Source: Macrostomum lignano (lineage: Eukaryota). Taken from it: a stretch of DNA of 64,000 nt. Under the pieces are notes generated by a model. That model did not search any database, had not been told where the DNA came from, and saw nothing but the letters and a program-made list of their open reading frames with translations. This document shows, piece after piece, positions 1-23,338 of the stretch; positions within the stretch are counted from its first letter, which is position 1, and every line of letters begins with the position of its first letter. Location of the stretch: NCBI GenBank assembly GCA_002269645.1, contig NIVC01000597.1:1-64000 (forward strand), given 5' to 3'. A program made the translations under genes and the position numbers.

Positions 1-486
1 ACTGATTCATTTGGCTTTTTGGTTTTCGAATTTTATTTTCTGGGAGTCATTTTAGTGCCCTTGATACTTATGTAGACTTCTGGCACTCATTTTGGTGCGC
101 CCTGACACATATTTGGGCTTCTGACATTCTTTTTTGGCCTACTAACATCCAGGCCTTCTTCCTGACACTACTATGGGCTTCCCCGACACTATCTTGCCGT
201 GCCTGATACTTATTGCCGTCTCTGACACCTCTGTTTTTCCGACACTCATTTGGAATTGCCAGTGACACTTTTTCGTACCTTCTGACACTCATTTTTGATG
301 TCTAAATTGAGCTGGATAAATTAACTTAGTTAAATTTGTAGTTAACAATTGATTTTTTATGCTGACTACTAAAAGTAATCTAAATAACATTTCTCGTATC
401 TTATTCTTGAATTTCAGACCGAATCAATTGGCTGCTGCTGTTAAAGAAAATCACGCATAACAAATAGCAATCATATTTGAGCCCAA

Positions 487-2399
487 ATGTCGGTACTTGA
501 GTACACTAAACCAGCTGGCCCAGCTGCTCTAACTGGCTTGACATCGACTCCTCCAACTGAGCCGGATAAGCTGAAGATAGTTTAAAATCGGCAAAGTCGC
601 GAGTCAATGCTCAGCTGACGATAGGAAATCGGCATTAGATCAAGCGTTTAGAGACTGCGCCAGATCTGTAGCGGCCTTCACAGATGAGGCTAAACGCATG
701 AGCTCGATTGGTAGGCCTAGTAGATCTCAGCGTTCGAGTTGCTAGCGCGAAGCGAAGACATGTGCAGCGCTAGCCTGCCGTTTCTAATCTTATCGGATGT
801 ATTCGAGCTGACGCCAATTAGCGAGTGCGAGCGAGTTTCGGCCTGCTAGAGGATCGAGTGTCGGATTTGAGTTCGCCGGCACTGTTTACCTCTGGCAAGA
901 GTCTGCTACTGCCGCATGTGCAATGATCTGCTCAGGCGCTGTCAAAAAGTCGCAACACGGTATTCTGCGGCCGAATCCAACTGTTCTTTTCTAGGCTATT
1001 CTTTCCATTGGATGATAAGTCTGGCATTAATTTTATGTCGCATTTCAATGCCGATTTTGTTAATTACGCTAAGAGCGCCGAGTCGGAAGGCTGGTAGCGG
1101 TCACACCGCTTTCTATATGAAATTCTGGACTCTGCAGCAGTACTTCCGCCAGCCGGCTCTGTGCTATCAGGCAGCTAATTGGTCTAACCTGTGCACCAGT
1201 GTTGACACTCTGTTAGACACATTTGCCGGCATGAAAATTGAAGCGGTTCGCGACTCGTCCGACCAGTTCTATCCGTATTATTTGACATCGCAGCGGTTGT
1301 TAGACTTGCAGCTGCTTGATCACAGGTTTAGACGGGCCCTGCTAGTGCAGCTATTAGTGCTGCTGCAGTATCTTGTGGCTCATGTTAAATTTAAATCGGC
1401 CGATCAGCAGTTGAAACCGGATCAGGCCGACTGGTAGCGGCTACTAAACAGCGCGCATTCGCTATTCTACGCGAGACCCGCCAGATGCTGAGGAATTTGC
1501 TAAACTAGTTGAACACGTGCTCGAACGCGAAGAGCTCTGGTCTCAATGGAAGAATGACAGCTGTCCGTCCATTGTACGCGACCCGCCAGCTGACGAGCCG
1601 AAGCTGACAAGCTGCAGCAGCAGCGAGCTGGCAGGAAGCGCCGTCCAAATGTCCTGGTTGATCGTGACGGGCACAAGCTGTTCCGGTTCGCTAATCCCCG
1701 CCTAACCCAGCTGTGGCGCCTCTGCCCGGACAATATGGAAGCCGCTAAAGATCGCGAGTTCACGCCGGAGCTGCCAGCCATTCTTTGCCGACGCTATCGA
1801 CGAGGCCGACCCTGAGCAGCTAGTCGAGGAGCAATATAAACGAGTCAATAGCGAGTCCTGGGCCTGGTGCGCCCTCCGCCTTTGTCCCGTAAGAGTCCAT
1901 ACTTTTTTCAGAACCAAGCCCAAGGTCCCAGCCAAGTGGTGGCGCCCGGCCGGCCGTTGCGCGAGTACCTTGATAACATATTGACTCATCTGGCTCGCGA
2001 CTTCAATTCTTCCGCCGCGTCGGCGCCTGCTGCTGCTTCGTCGGACACCCCGGTCGAATCCACTACGCCGGCCAGACATCAGAATGGCAACGGAAACGGC
2101 AACGAAGATGAGGAGGACTCGTCGGCCGATCTCATCAGCGTAGAAGTGATTAGCCAGATGGCCGAAGCTCTGGGCAGTCGTTGGCGCGAACTCGGCACCG
2201 AGCTGGGCCTGCCCCCGACCAGCTGGATAGCATCGCAGACGAATGCGCCGCCGACAGCCAGATCGACATGGCCGTTGCTAAAGTGTTGAAACTGTGGACT
2301 GCTCAGCGACCAGACAATGGCGGCGACATCAGGTCGGAGCTGCTATTGGTACTGGGCAAGTTCAAAGGCCTAGCCAAACTTGTGGCCAGTTTAAAATGA
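487..2399 (+). CDS. THOC1: THO complex subunit 1 (Hpr1/p84N5) with C-terminal death domain; reading frame broken by multiple 1-nt indels
   Basis: THOC1 motifs across shifting frames: DRKSALDQAFR (~620), MCNDLLRR/LSKSRNTVFCGRIQLF (916-980), FYMKFWTLQQYFRQP, LEREELWSQWKNDSCP, LTQLWRLCPDNMEAAK, EADPEQLVEEQYK, RKSPYFFQ, LREYLDNILTHLARD; death domain WRELGTELGL...VLKLW ends at TGA 2399. ATG 487 inferred; acceptor tttcag ends at 417. No intron visible. Confidence 0.88.
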
Positions 2400-3492
2400 G
2401 CTCAAGCGCTTAACAAACATTCTGCCTGCCTGTCTGATGTCAATACCGCAGCGGTCTATGCTGATCTTGTTGGCCAACCTTAGTTTTCACTAAGAGATGT
2501 TTTTTGTCACCAAACACATCCATCTACCCTGAGAAGCAGACCGTTGTCTCTGATTATAAAGATTTGGATTGTGAAATGCATTTAGCTTTTCCTTACAATT
2601 TTATAACAAATTTGTCCATTTGTTTGGCCATAAGATTAGAAAAAACAAACGATCGATTAGTTTCTTAATAATGGACATTGTTTTTGGAGCAAGACATACT
2701 AATTGCTTGTATTGTATTTATGTTTATTATTATGTGTAGTTTATAATCTTCTGTTAATAAACTGTCCATCTATATATAGAAAATGCTTCATGAAGCATTG
2801 CAAGCATTTTTGTTTGTCTGTCAAATTATATCCCTTCAAAATTGGCTAAGGGGTTTTACTTTATAACAATAATAAATTAATGGCTACTATTGTTTATATG
2901 GTAGGCTAAATTTCATCATTTCGAACCCCGTTGCGTACCCTGTGTAACTGTCTGAAATTAGACCTGAAAATCGGCAAGCTCTTTGTACATTAGTAATCAT
3001 TCCTTCAATATAATAATGTACTACTATGTATACTATTACAAAACTAATATTATTTTGTACTATCTCCCTGTCTACTCTTTTTTGCGACTGTGTAATTCTT
3101 TGCTTCTTGTGTCACTGGCGTACTAAATTCGGTTCTGCAGCGTGTTCTTAAAGGCTTAAAATATATGTTTTTTTAAACATACAAATTCTCTCATCTATTG
3201 TTAGTAAAAACTTTGATTAAGGATATTAAGGTGTTTTGCTATTGTTGCAAACGCCTTTCTCAGTGAGCTTCAAGGCGCTTTGATCTGTGTTTTTTTGCAA
3301 TTTGGCTTCTAGATTGATGTCTATATACACTGGGTCAGTATTTAGGACTAGATTCCAATCAGTAAATCCTGGTTTTAGTCAAAATGTCAGTGTCTAGACA
3401 TTATGTATAAATATATATAGGTCATGAGGTTAAATCATGTTTTTAAAATTTCTGAATCTAAAAGTCTTCTACCTCTAAGTTCTAAAGTAAGT

Positions 3493-15315
<11,823 letters not shown>

Positions 15316-16172
15316 TCGATGAGTCAGAGTGAAAACTGAATTGGTTTGACTTGTCAGAAACTTGATTCATGATTTTTGAGATTTCATGATGATCTTGCTA
15401 TAGAAAAAATAGACACAGAAAAAGCAGTCTGTGTGTGATTTTGTTATTTACTTCTCTTTAGTTTGTGTTTTGATCTTATTGCAATTTTTGTGTAGTTTTT
15501 TTCATACCACTGGAATGGCAATTTATTTAACGGGGAATGTGTTTGCCAATGATTGAATCACAATACCAGGGTATATTGGAAATTTTAGCAAAGAAGAATT
15601 GCATTCTGGTGGTATTCTCACTCTCGCTTTAATTAATGTTTTAAGTACACTATACGTATATCTACTATATTCTGTTGGTGGCAGATCTTTGTTATATTTA
15701 TTTCATGCACTAACTGGCCGACTAACTGTCTCTGATTCTGTTTTAATGCTCTATTTATTTGGTTTCAAAATTAAATCTTTACTAAATAATTGAATTTATC
15801 AATCTATCAATATTGGTACGATTATATCAAATAATAATTAATGATAACTAAATGACAGTCAGTGTCATTGTTGGTTCCGACTAGTTTTGGACTAACTGGT
15901 TTGACAAAAAAAGTTTATTAGTCTTATTTATTTATTTATTTATTTAGAAGTAATTATTTAGGCCATTTTAAATTCCCATTATTTACCTATAAGTAGCCAC
16001 CCGCGCGCACGGTCCCTGGTTCGATTCCCTGCAAGGTGCATGAGGGCCAGTCTTGAATGAAGGCACAGAGAGTGTTCATGCCTGACAGGATCTGCAGCAC
16101 CCTTAGACAGAATTCGGTTCTTTGTTTAGTAGGCACATGTTTTCCTTTCTCCCCTATGCAAACAGCCAAGCG

Positions 16173-17384
16173 ATGCCGTCCGGTCGAATACCATCTGACG
16201 TGCCCGGATTCGTGGTGAACCTGTGGCACCTAGTGCAGGACCCGGCAGCTCAGCAGCTCATCTCCTGGTCATACGATGGCAAATCATTCTTAATCACGGA
16301 TGGCAACCTGCTGGCCAGGGAAGTCCTGCCTTGCTACTTCAAGCACAGCAACTTATCTAGTTTTGTACGCCAGCTAAACTTGTATTCGTTTCGAAAGATG
16401 ATTAGACCAGATTTAATCACCGAATTTGCTCATCCGTGCTTTCAACGCGACAGTCCCCATCGGATGTCGGAGATTCGACGCGTGCCGCAGAACAGCGCCG
16501 CGGCCGCAGCGGCGGCTAACAAAGGCCGAGTCCGGTCCGATTTGGCCAGCGTTAAGGCTAAGCAATCTGGCAACGAGGAGGAGCTGACCAGGCTGCGGAC
16601 GGAGAATCAGCAGCTCTGGCTGGAGGTGCAGTACCTACGCCAGCAGCAGCGTCATCACCAGGACGCTGTCAGATGGCTGTTGAACTTCTTCTCTCTGTTG
16701 ATGCCGAAGCGTCGGGCGCCGGCTCAGATGGCCATCGAGTCCGGCCAGCCCGTTGCTAAGCGACAGCGTCTAGCTACGTTCAGCTGTTCCGGCGGCGACG
16801 TCGGCAGCAGCGGCGGTGCTGGCGTCGGAACAAGCAGCGCTGAAGGCGAAGTCACCATCGAGGATGTGACGGAGTTCTTAATGTCGTCGGATTCTCCCCA
16901 AGCTTCTGTAGCTGTTGCTGCCGCCGCTGCTGCCCTGCCGCCGCCTCGGCAGCAGCAGCAGCAGCAGCAGATTGGCTTCAACGATGAGCAGCTGCAGACT
17001 GAGCAAAGCCCTGTCGATAGCCAGAGTGAGCCCGCACTCAGTTCCGACATCGACTCAATCGTTGGCAGCTCTTCAATGAATTTGCCCTCCCCAATGCATC
17101 AAATGTTCGACAATCCCAACCAGCTGCCGCCGCTGGATGCCTTTCTAGATTTTATCGATCCGGCCAGCAGTCACGAGGCTGATAATCAGCTGTTAAGCCT
17201 TCTGGCCGATCCTAGCGAACAGCTGCACGTGTCGCTTGAGGAGTTTGTAGAGCCGCAGCCTCAGCCTCAGCCAGATAGTGCTCAAGCCAGCCCGTCACAG
17301 TCGGCCAGTTCCGTTGAAGAGTCGGAATCGTCTGCAGCAAACAAATCTAAACAGGCCTTGGTTCCTCATCCTCTAAGTGGTTAG
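16173..17384 (+). CDS. HSF: Heat shock transcription factor family protein, intronless CDS
   Basis: HSF DNA-binding domain (ISWSYDGKSF, YFKHSNLSSFVRQLNLYSFRK, EFAHPCF) followed by an HR-A/B coiled coil (LRTENQQLWLEVQYLRQQQ). ATG 16173 follows a pyrimidine tract and a cag acceptor ending at 16165. Confidence 0.92.
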   Translation: MPSGRIPSDVPGFVVNLWHLVQDPAAQQLISWSYDGKSFLITDGNLLAREVLPCYFKHSNLSSFVRQLNLYSFRKMIRPDLITEFAHPCFQRDSPHRMSEIRRVPQNSAAAAAAANKGRVRSDLASVKAKQSGNEEELTRLRTENQQLWLEVQYLRQQQRHHQDAVRWLLNFFSLLMPKRRAPAQMAIESGQPVAKRQRLATFSCSGGDVGSSGGAGVGTSSAEGEVTIEDVTEFLMSSDSPQASVAVAAAAAALPPPRQQQQQQQIGFNDEQLQTEQSPVDSQSEPALSSDIDSIVGSSSMNLPSPMHQMFDNPNQLPPLDAFLDFIDPASSHEADNQLLSLLADPSEQLHVSLEEFVEPQPQPQPDSAQASPSQSASSVEESESSAANKSKQALVPHPLSG

Positions 17385-17715
17385 TTACAAATAAGCTGGA
17401 GGCTACTTTATCGTCAACTTCTACTCATATTCAAATTTATAGTTTGCGCTGATTGGTAAAAAATTACTCTTCTAACTATCCGCATTTTTACATGCTAAAA
17501 CTCGCGTTTGTATAGAGTTTACAGTATATTTTTATACTATAATTGGGGTTCAACGTTTGTTTCTAGTGCTTTTTTGTAACTCGTGTCTCGATCAGATGGC
17601 AATTTGTTATACACGTACAAGTGTATGTATGGTATTTGCTGCGGTACAGAAATACATCTTTGCCAAGCCTGTGATGGAGTACACAGCTTCTTTGTGTTTG
17701 ATTTATTTTAATTCG

Positions 17716-18236
17716 TCTGACTGACTGACACACTGACTAACCCACTGACAGATTTATTTTAATTCGTCTGACTGACTGACACACTGACTAACCCACTGAC
17801 CCACTGACTGACCCACTAACCCACTGATACACTGACTGACCCACTGACTGACCCACTAACCCACTGACTGACCCATTGACCCACTGATTGACTGACTGAC
17901 CGACTCACTGACCCGCTGACCCACTGACCTACTGACCCACTGACCCACTGACTGACCCATTGACCCACTGATTGACTGACTGACCGACTCACTGACCCGC
18001 TGACCCACTGACCTACTGACCCACTGACCCACTGACTGACCGACCCACTGACCTACTAACCCACTGACTGACCCACTGACCCACTGACCCACTGACTGAC
18101 CGACCCACTGACCTACTAGCCCACTGACTGACCCACTGACCTGCTGACCCACTAACTGACTGACTGACCCACTGACCTACTAACCCACTGACTGACCCAC
18201 TGACCTGCTGACCCACTGACTGACTGACCGACCGAC
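17716..18236. repeat. ACTG/ACTGACCC compound repeat (HSF-TRMT61A spacer)
   Basis: Tandem 4/8-bp units. Confidence 0.9.
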
Positions 18237-18334
18237 TATTGCTTAAAGCTCCTCTATCTTGCATGCGTGACTAATGAATTCAAATTATATTTAACGATTA
18301 CTTTTAAATTCATGTGAGTAAAAAATCACAGAAA

Positions 18335-19306
18335 ATGTCTCAGCAACAGCCCAACGCAGAAGAATCAGTATTCAATCGCCGATTTGTTGCCATTGGCGAC
18401 GTTGTACTGCTGAAGCAGCGCCACGGCAACACTAAGACTGTCCGAGTCACCTCAGCAGACGGCACCGTACAGACAGTTGGCGGCCTCTTGAAATTCTCCG
18501 ACCTGATTGGCCGTCGCTATGGCTCCCGGTTGGTAACCAAGCGCGGCTTTGTGCGCCTATTGCCCCTAGTGCCGGAGCTGTGGGCCCGGGCGCTGCCGCA
18601 TCGTACTCAGATTCTCTATCCGCCAGACACCTGCCTGATAGTTGCCCAGCTGGACCTGCGGCCGGGTCGCATTGTGCTAGAAGCTGGCACTGGTAGCGCC
18701 GCGTTCACCCACTGCCTGGCCAGGACTGTCATGCCTACTGGCCGCGTGTTGACCTTCGATTTTCACGCCGAACGAGCGGCCACGGCGCAGCGCGAGCTGA
18801 CTGAGCACAGTCTGCAGCGTTGGGCCGTCTGCGAGCATCGCGACGTCTGCCAGCTGGGCTTCCCAGCCGGTTCCAACGCCGATGCCGTCTTCTTGGACCT
18901 GCCGCAGCCCTGGCTGACTGTGCCCAGCCTGCCGGCCTGTCTGCGTCCCGGCGCCAGATTCGGCAGCTTCAGTCCGTGCGTTCAACAGGCCGAGCGGACC
19001 GCCGCGGCTCTGCGCGAGTGCCGCCGATTCACCGACCTGATCGGCATGGAGTGCCATCAGCGGCGCTACTCGCTGCAGCCGCGCAGCCTGCCGTCGGCCG
19101 ATTTGGGTCCCGAAGACGACGGCAACGACGCTGCTAGTGCTCCTGCTCCCGAGGATGATAAAGAAGCTCCAGGCAAATCGACAGCTCCTGTCTCTAAGGA
19201 GGCTTCGTCGTTGCCGCTTCGGGTTGCCGCAACTGAGCCGGCGTACGAGCAGCCGTGCCATTCCGGCTTCCTTCTGTTTGCCACTTTCTATGGCCCAGCC
19301 GAATAA
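18335..19306 (+). CDS. TRMT61A: tRNA (adenine-58-N1)-methyltransferase catalytic subunit (Gcd14/Trm61), intronless
   Basis: ELWARALPHRTQILYPPD, VLEAGTGS SAM motif, FDFHAERA, DAVFLDLPQPW, FSPCVQQ, C-terminal HSGFLLFAT. Acceptor cag ends at 18331, 4 nt before the ATG. Confidence 0.95.
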   Translation: MSQQQPNAEESVFNRRFVAIGDVVLLKQRHGNTKTVRVTSADGTVQTVGGLLKFSDLIGRRYGSRLVTKRGFVRLLPLVPELWARALPHRTQILYPPDTCLIVAQLDLRPGRIVLEAGTGSAAFTHCLARTVMPTGRVLTFDFHAERAATAQRELTEHSLQRWAVCEHRDVCQLGFPAGSNADAVFLDLPQPWLTVPSLPACLRPGARFGSFSPCVQQAERTAAALRECRRFTDLIGMECHQRRYSLQPRSLPSADLGPEDDGNDAASAPAPEDDKEAPGKSTAPVSKEASSLPLRVAATEPAYEQPCHSGFLLFATFYGPAE

Positions 19307-19414
19307 TATTTGATGATGCCTTTATTATATATTGTGCTACAGCTAGTTCTACAGTATAATTAGTTTTAATTCATGATTTGTATTTGGCTTGATCTAGACA
19401 TTTCGTGTAACGTA

Positions 19415-19805
19415 CCTGCAAAGTCCCTGAGTCCCTAATCAAAGTCCCTGAGTACCTAATCAAAGTCCCTGAATCCCTGATCAAAGTCCCTGAGTCCCTA
19501 ATCAAAGTCCCTGAATCCCTGATCAAAGTCCCTGAATCCCTGATCAAAGTTCCTGAGTACCTAATCAAAGTCCCTGAATCCCTGATCAAAGTCCCTGAAT
19601 CCCTGTTTAGAGAATTCCCTGAACCCCTGATCAGAGATGTCCCTAAATCCCTAATCTGATAAGAGAAGTCCCTGAACTTCTGATAAGAGATGTCCCTGAA
19701 CCCCTGGTCAGAAAATTCCCTGAACCCATGGTCAGAAAAGTCCCTGAACCCATGGGGTCAAAAAAGTCCCTGAACCCATGGTCAGAAAAGTCCCTGAACC
19801 CCTGA
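19415..19805. repeat. ~21-bp AAAGTCCCTGAATCCCTGATC repeat (TRMT61A-ALG6 spacer)
   Basis: Tandem array, more diverged at the 3' end. Confidence 0.9.
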
Positions 19806-20145
19806 TCAGTAGATATTAAATAATGCAATCAGTAGTCAAGGCAGCTTTCAAACCATTTGCTACGCATCTGTTTGAATTAGTTGCTTTTGTATTGAAAAAA
19901 TAAACGTAAATATTTTCAATTAGTGACACGAGCTGTATTAAAAGTTCGACTTGTTGGCAACTTTTATTTTTATCGACCTTTGTTTTGGTGCGAAATTGAA
20001 ATCCAATTAATTTACTAAACGAAGTGTTGTCACTAAAGTTATGTACAATACACATCGGTTAATTGAACCGTGTCTTTAAAATTTCAGACAGCAGCAGCAA
20101 AGCAAAAGCAGCAACAGTCTCAAAGCCGGCTGCACAAGACGATAT

Positions 20146-21612
20146 ATGGCGCCGAATTGGCAGCCGCTGCTTCCTCTATTGTCCGCCCTCTGTCTGGGCC
20201 TGGCGCTGCGGGCTGCCGTTGCGCCCTATCCGCACTCCGGCCAGTCCCGGCCGCCAATGTTTGGCGACTACGAGGCCCAGCGGCACTGGCAGGAGGTCAC
20301 CACAGCCCTGCCAGTGTCCGAATGGTACATTAATAGTAGTAGGAACGACTTGCTCTACTGGGGCTTGGATTATCCGCCATTGAGCGCCTATCATAGTTTG
20401 GCGCTAGGCTACCGCGCCGCCGCAATCAACGCCAGCTGGGTGGCGCTGGGCAGTTCGCGGGGCGAACAGAGTCCACCGCATAAGCTTTGGATGCGCGGCA
20501 CAGTGCTAACTAGCGATTTATTCATTCACCTGCCAGTTCTGTTAGCTAGCGTAGCTTATTCACCTGTCAGCCCACTGTTATTGCTATCGGCTGTTGCTAT
20601 GCTGTCGCCGAGTCAGCTGCTGGTGGATCACGGACACTTTCAGTACAACTGTATCAGTCTGGGCCTGGCAGCGGCCGCTCATCTGCTTGTACTGCGCCGG
20701 CGACGCCTGCTAGGGACTTGCTTGTTCTGTCTGGCTCTCAACTATAAACAGATGGCTCTGTATCATTCTCTGCCGCTGTTCTGTCATCTGTTAGGCGACT
20801 GTTGCAATCTGCTATTGTCAGCCGCTGCTCCTTGGCGCGCTGTTAGACTGCTCTGTTCTCTAGCCGCTGTTGTTCTAGCCACCTTCCTGCTAGTGTGGTC
20901 GCCTCTACTTGCAGCCGCTCCCAATGGCAGGGCCGCTTTAGCCGCCTTGCAAAGATTATTCCCAATCGGCCGAGGATTATTCGAAGATCACGTGGCTAAT
21001 GTTTGGTGCACAATTAATGTGGTAGTGAAATTGAAAACTATTATTAGTCAGGGCGCCGCTGCCGCAGTTGCCGCCGTTGCCACCCTGGCCGCCTGCGCCC
21101 CGGCTCTCGTCCGCTGTCTGTACCGGCCTGGCCGATCCGCTCTCCTGTTCGCTTCCTTTGCCGCCTCGCTTGCCTTCTTTCTATTCTCTTATCAGGCGCA
21201 CGAGAAGTCCATCCTATTGCCGGCAATGTCGGCCGTTTTGCTATTGCCAGAGGCACCGTTGTTTGCCTGCAGTTTTCAATTGTTAGCGGCTATTAGCATG
21301 TGGCCATTATTAGCCTACAAAGACGGCTTGGCACTGCCAACTGTGTGCTGTGCCGGAGTCTTTGTTATCGCTGTTGGTTTACTATTCCGCTGGTCGCCAT
21401 CGATTCGGCCAGCTAGCCGGCTAGTGGTCGCTTTGCACGCATGTTTGCACGCCCCGGCTCTGGCCGCTGTGCTAGCTGGTGCCGTGCTGCCAGCCCCGGC
21501 TAGCCTGCCATATCTGTACTCGCTGCTTGTGTCAGTGAGTTGCTGTGCCGCCTTCTGCGTATTCTTGCTGCTTGCACACCTTCGGTTGTGGCGCCTGATT
21601 GATCTGGCTTAA
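20146..21612 (+). CDS. ALG6: Dolichyl-P-Glc:Man9GlcNAc2-PP-dolichol alpha-1,3-glucosyltransferase, intronless
   Basis: PMFGDYEAQRHWQEVT, NDLLYWGLDYPPLSAYHS, DHGHFQYNCISLG, LNYKQMALY, RLFPIGRGLFEDHVANVW, FLFSYQAHEKSILL; many hydrophobic segments. Confidence 0.96.
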   Translation: MAPNWQPLLPLLSALCLGLALRAAVAPYPHSGQSRPPMFGDYEAQRHWQEVTTALPVSEWYINSSRNDLLYWGLDYPPLSAYHSLALGYRAAAINASWVALGSSRGEQSPPHKLWMRGTVLTSDLFIHLPVLLASVAYSPVSPLLLLSAVAMLSPSQLLVDHGHFQYNCISLGLAAAAHLLVLRRRRLLGTCLFCLALNYKQMALYHSLPLFCHLLGDCCNLLLSAAAPWRAVRLLCSLAAVVLATFLLVWSPLLAAAPNGRAALAALQRLFPIGRGLFEDHVANVWCTINVVVKLKTIISQGAAAAVAAVATLAACAPALVRCLYRPGRSALLFASFAASLAFFLFSYQAHEKSILLPAMSAVLLLPEAPLFACSFQLLAAISMWPLLAYKDGLALPTVCCAGVFVIAVGLLFRWSPSIRPASRLVVALHACLHAPALAAVLAGAVLPAPASLPYLYSLLVSVSCCAAFCVFLLLAHLRLWRLIDLA

Positions 21613-21640
21613 TGAAATAATTCCTCTTGTCAACTGTGTA

Positions 21641-22026
21641 CGAGGGTTGTACAAAAAGTTCTGTGTATTACCTAATAACAAAGTAAAACTTCACACACAT
21701 TTCTTTGGCATCTTTTCACTTGCCAAACTTGAACTGCTGGCCTTGCATGGACTCCTTGATGCGGTGGAAGAGGAAGAAGTCGCATAGGCTGAGGTGTGGG
21801 TAGTATGACTGATGCGGAAGAATATTCCATGCATCCCCATGACTTGACGGTCGTGTCTTGAAAAACTGTCTTGCGTTTTTCTACGCAGACAAAAAAAAAT
21901 TTAAGGGGTAAAACTGAAGCTATGAGTTCTTTACACATAAAACTGTCTATGGCGAGACCTTCGTTTTGTCAGCTTAGCTTTGAATCAAAGCCATGCCTCA
22001 ATACGCAGAACTTTTTACAACCCTCG
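21641..22026 (-). mobile_element. Internally deleted mariner (Tc1/mariner) derivative
   Basis: TIRs CGAGGGTTGTACAAAAAGTTCTGTGTATT / AATACGCAGAACTTTTTACAACCCTCG, TA at both ends. Minus strand encodes WNILPHQSYYPHLSLCDFFLFHRIKESMQGQQF, a decayed HPPYSPDLAPCDFFLF motif. Confidence 0.88.
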
Positions 22027-22107
22027 TATCAACCTACCCACCGGTGAAGGGTGACTTTTCTAATAATTACGGTTGTTTGGTCAGTTTCTATCGTGTATAC
22101 ACGCATT

Positions 22108-22362
22108 CAGGGTGTATCAGCCAAATCCGTACAGTTACAAAAACTGTGTAGAAATGGAGCTGAGAAGTCGATCTTTGAGATACTCGTAAGGGGCTGAAAC
22201 TTCTGTCGCAAATTGTTATGAAATGGTCTATCAAGTCACTCGGAAGAAATTTCTCTAGCTTCTTAAATCAAGGTAAAAATCTGCCCCTGAGGCAGATTTC
22301 ATGATGAAATCATCATGAAAAATCGTCCACTGCTTTTGTGTGGATTTGGCTGATACACCCCC
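22108..22362. mobile_element. MITE with 19-bp TIRs (Tc1/mariner-like CAGGGTG end)
   Basis: GGGTGTATCAGCCAAATCC at 22110-22128 and its exact inverse GGATTTGGCTGATACACCC at 22342-22360. Confidence 0.7.
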
Positions 22363-22619
22363 TATGCTCAGCAAGAGTCAAAAGTGCCACCTCGCGCATA
22401 TCGTACGTCAGTCAAAGAGATAATTTCTCGTTCAAATTATTCGACCCACGGGTTATGTAACTAAGCCGCGAGCTGAAGGAGGTGCCAGTCAATCACTTTG
22501 TCAGCGGCTTTTTAATTGCTGCTCTCGTTCTACCAAAATCTTCCAGCAGTTTCACTGATTGACGCTCAGACTTCCAGCATTCCAACCGCGAGTCATAGTT
22601 AGCATTCGTCATTGCGGTC

Positions 22620-23338
22620 GCCATCATAAGCTCGAAAAGTTACATCGTCGAAACAGGGCTTCATCACAAGCTCGAAAAGTCACATCGTCGAAAACTGATT
22701 TAGCAGCTAGGCCATCACAAGCTCGAAAAGTCACATCGTCGAAAACTGATTTAGCAGCCACCATCACAAGCTCGAAAAATCATATCGTCGAAACAGGGCT
22801 TCATCACAAGCTCAAAAAGTCACATCGTCGAAACAGGGCTTCATCACAAGCTCGAAAAGTCACATCGTTGAAAACTGATTTAGCCATCACAAGCTCGAAA
22901 AGTCACATCGTCGAAACAGGGCTTCATCACAAGCTCGAAAAGTCACATCGTCGAAAACTGATTTAGCAGCCACCATCACAAGCTCGAAAAGTCACATCGT
23001 CGAAAACTGATTTAGCAACCACCATCACAAGCTCGAAAAGTCACATCGTCGAAAACTGATTTAGCAGCTAGGCCATCACAAGCTCGAAAAGTCACATCGT
23101 CGAAAACTGATTTAGCAGCCACCATCACAAGCTCGAAAAGTCACATCGTCGAAAACTGATTTAGCAACCACCATCACAAGCTCGAAAAGTCACATCGTCG
23201 AAAACTGATTTAGCAACCACCATCACAAGCTCGAAAAGTCACATCGTCGAAAACTGATTTAGCAGCTAGGCCATCACAAGCTCGAAAAGTCACATCGTCG
23301 AAAACTGATTTAGCAACCACCATCACAAGCTCGAAGGG
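22620..23338. repeat. ~41-46-bp minisatellite CATCACAAGCTCGAAAAGTCACATCGTCGAAAACTGATTTAGCA...
   Basis: Tandem array; diverged inverted copies at ~55985-56150. Confidence 0.92.

Noticed and set aside
68-300. 74-aa minus-strand ORF
   Set aside because: Lies over a degenerate CTGACAC-containing repeat; no homology recognised.
16005-16040. GGTCCCTGGTTCGATTCCC as a tRNA gene
   Set aside because: B-box/T-arm-like only; no A box, D arm or acceptor stem pairing upstream.
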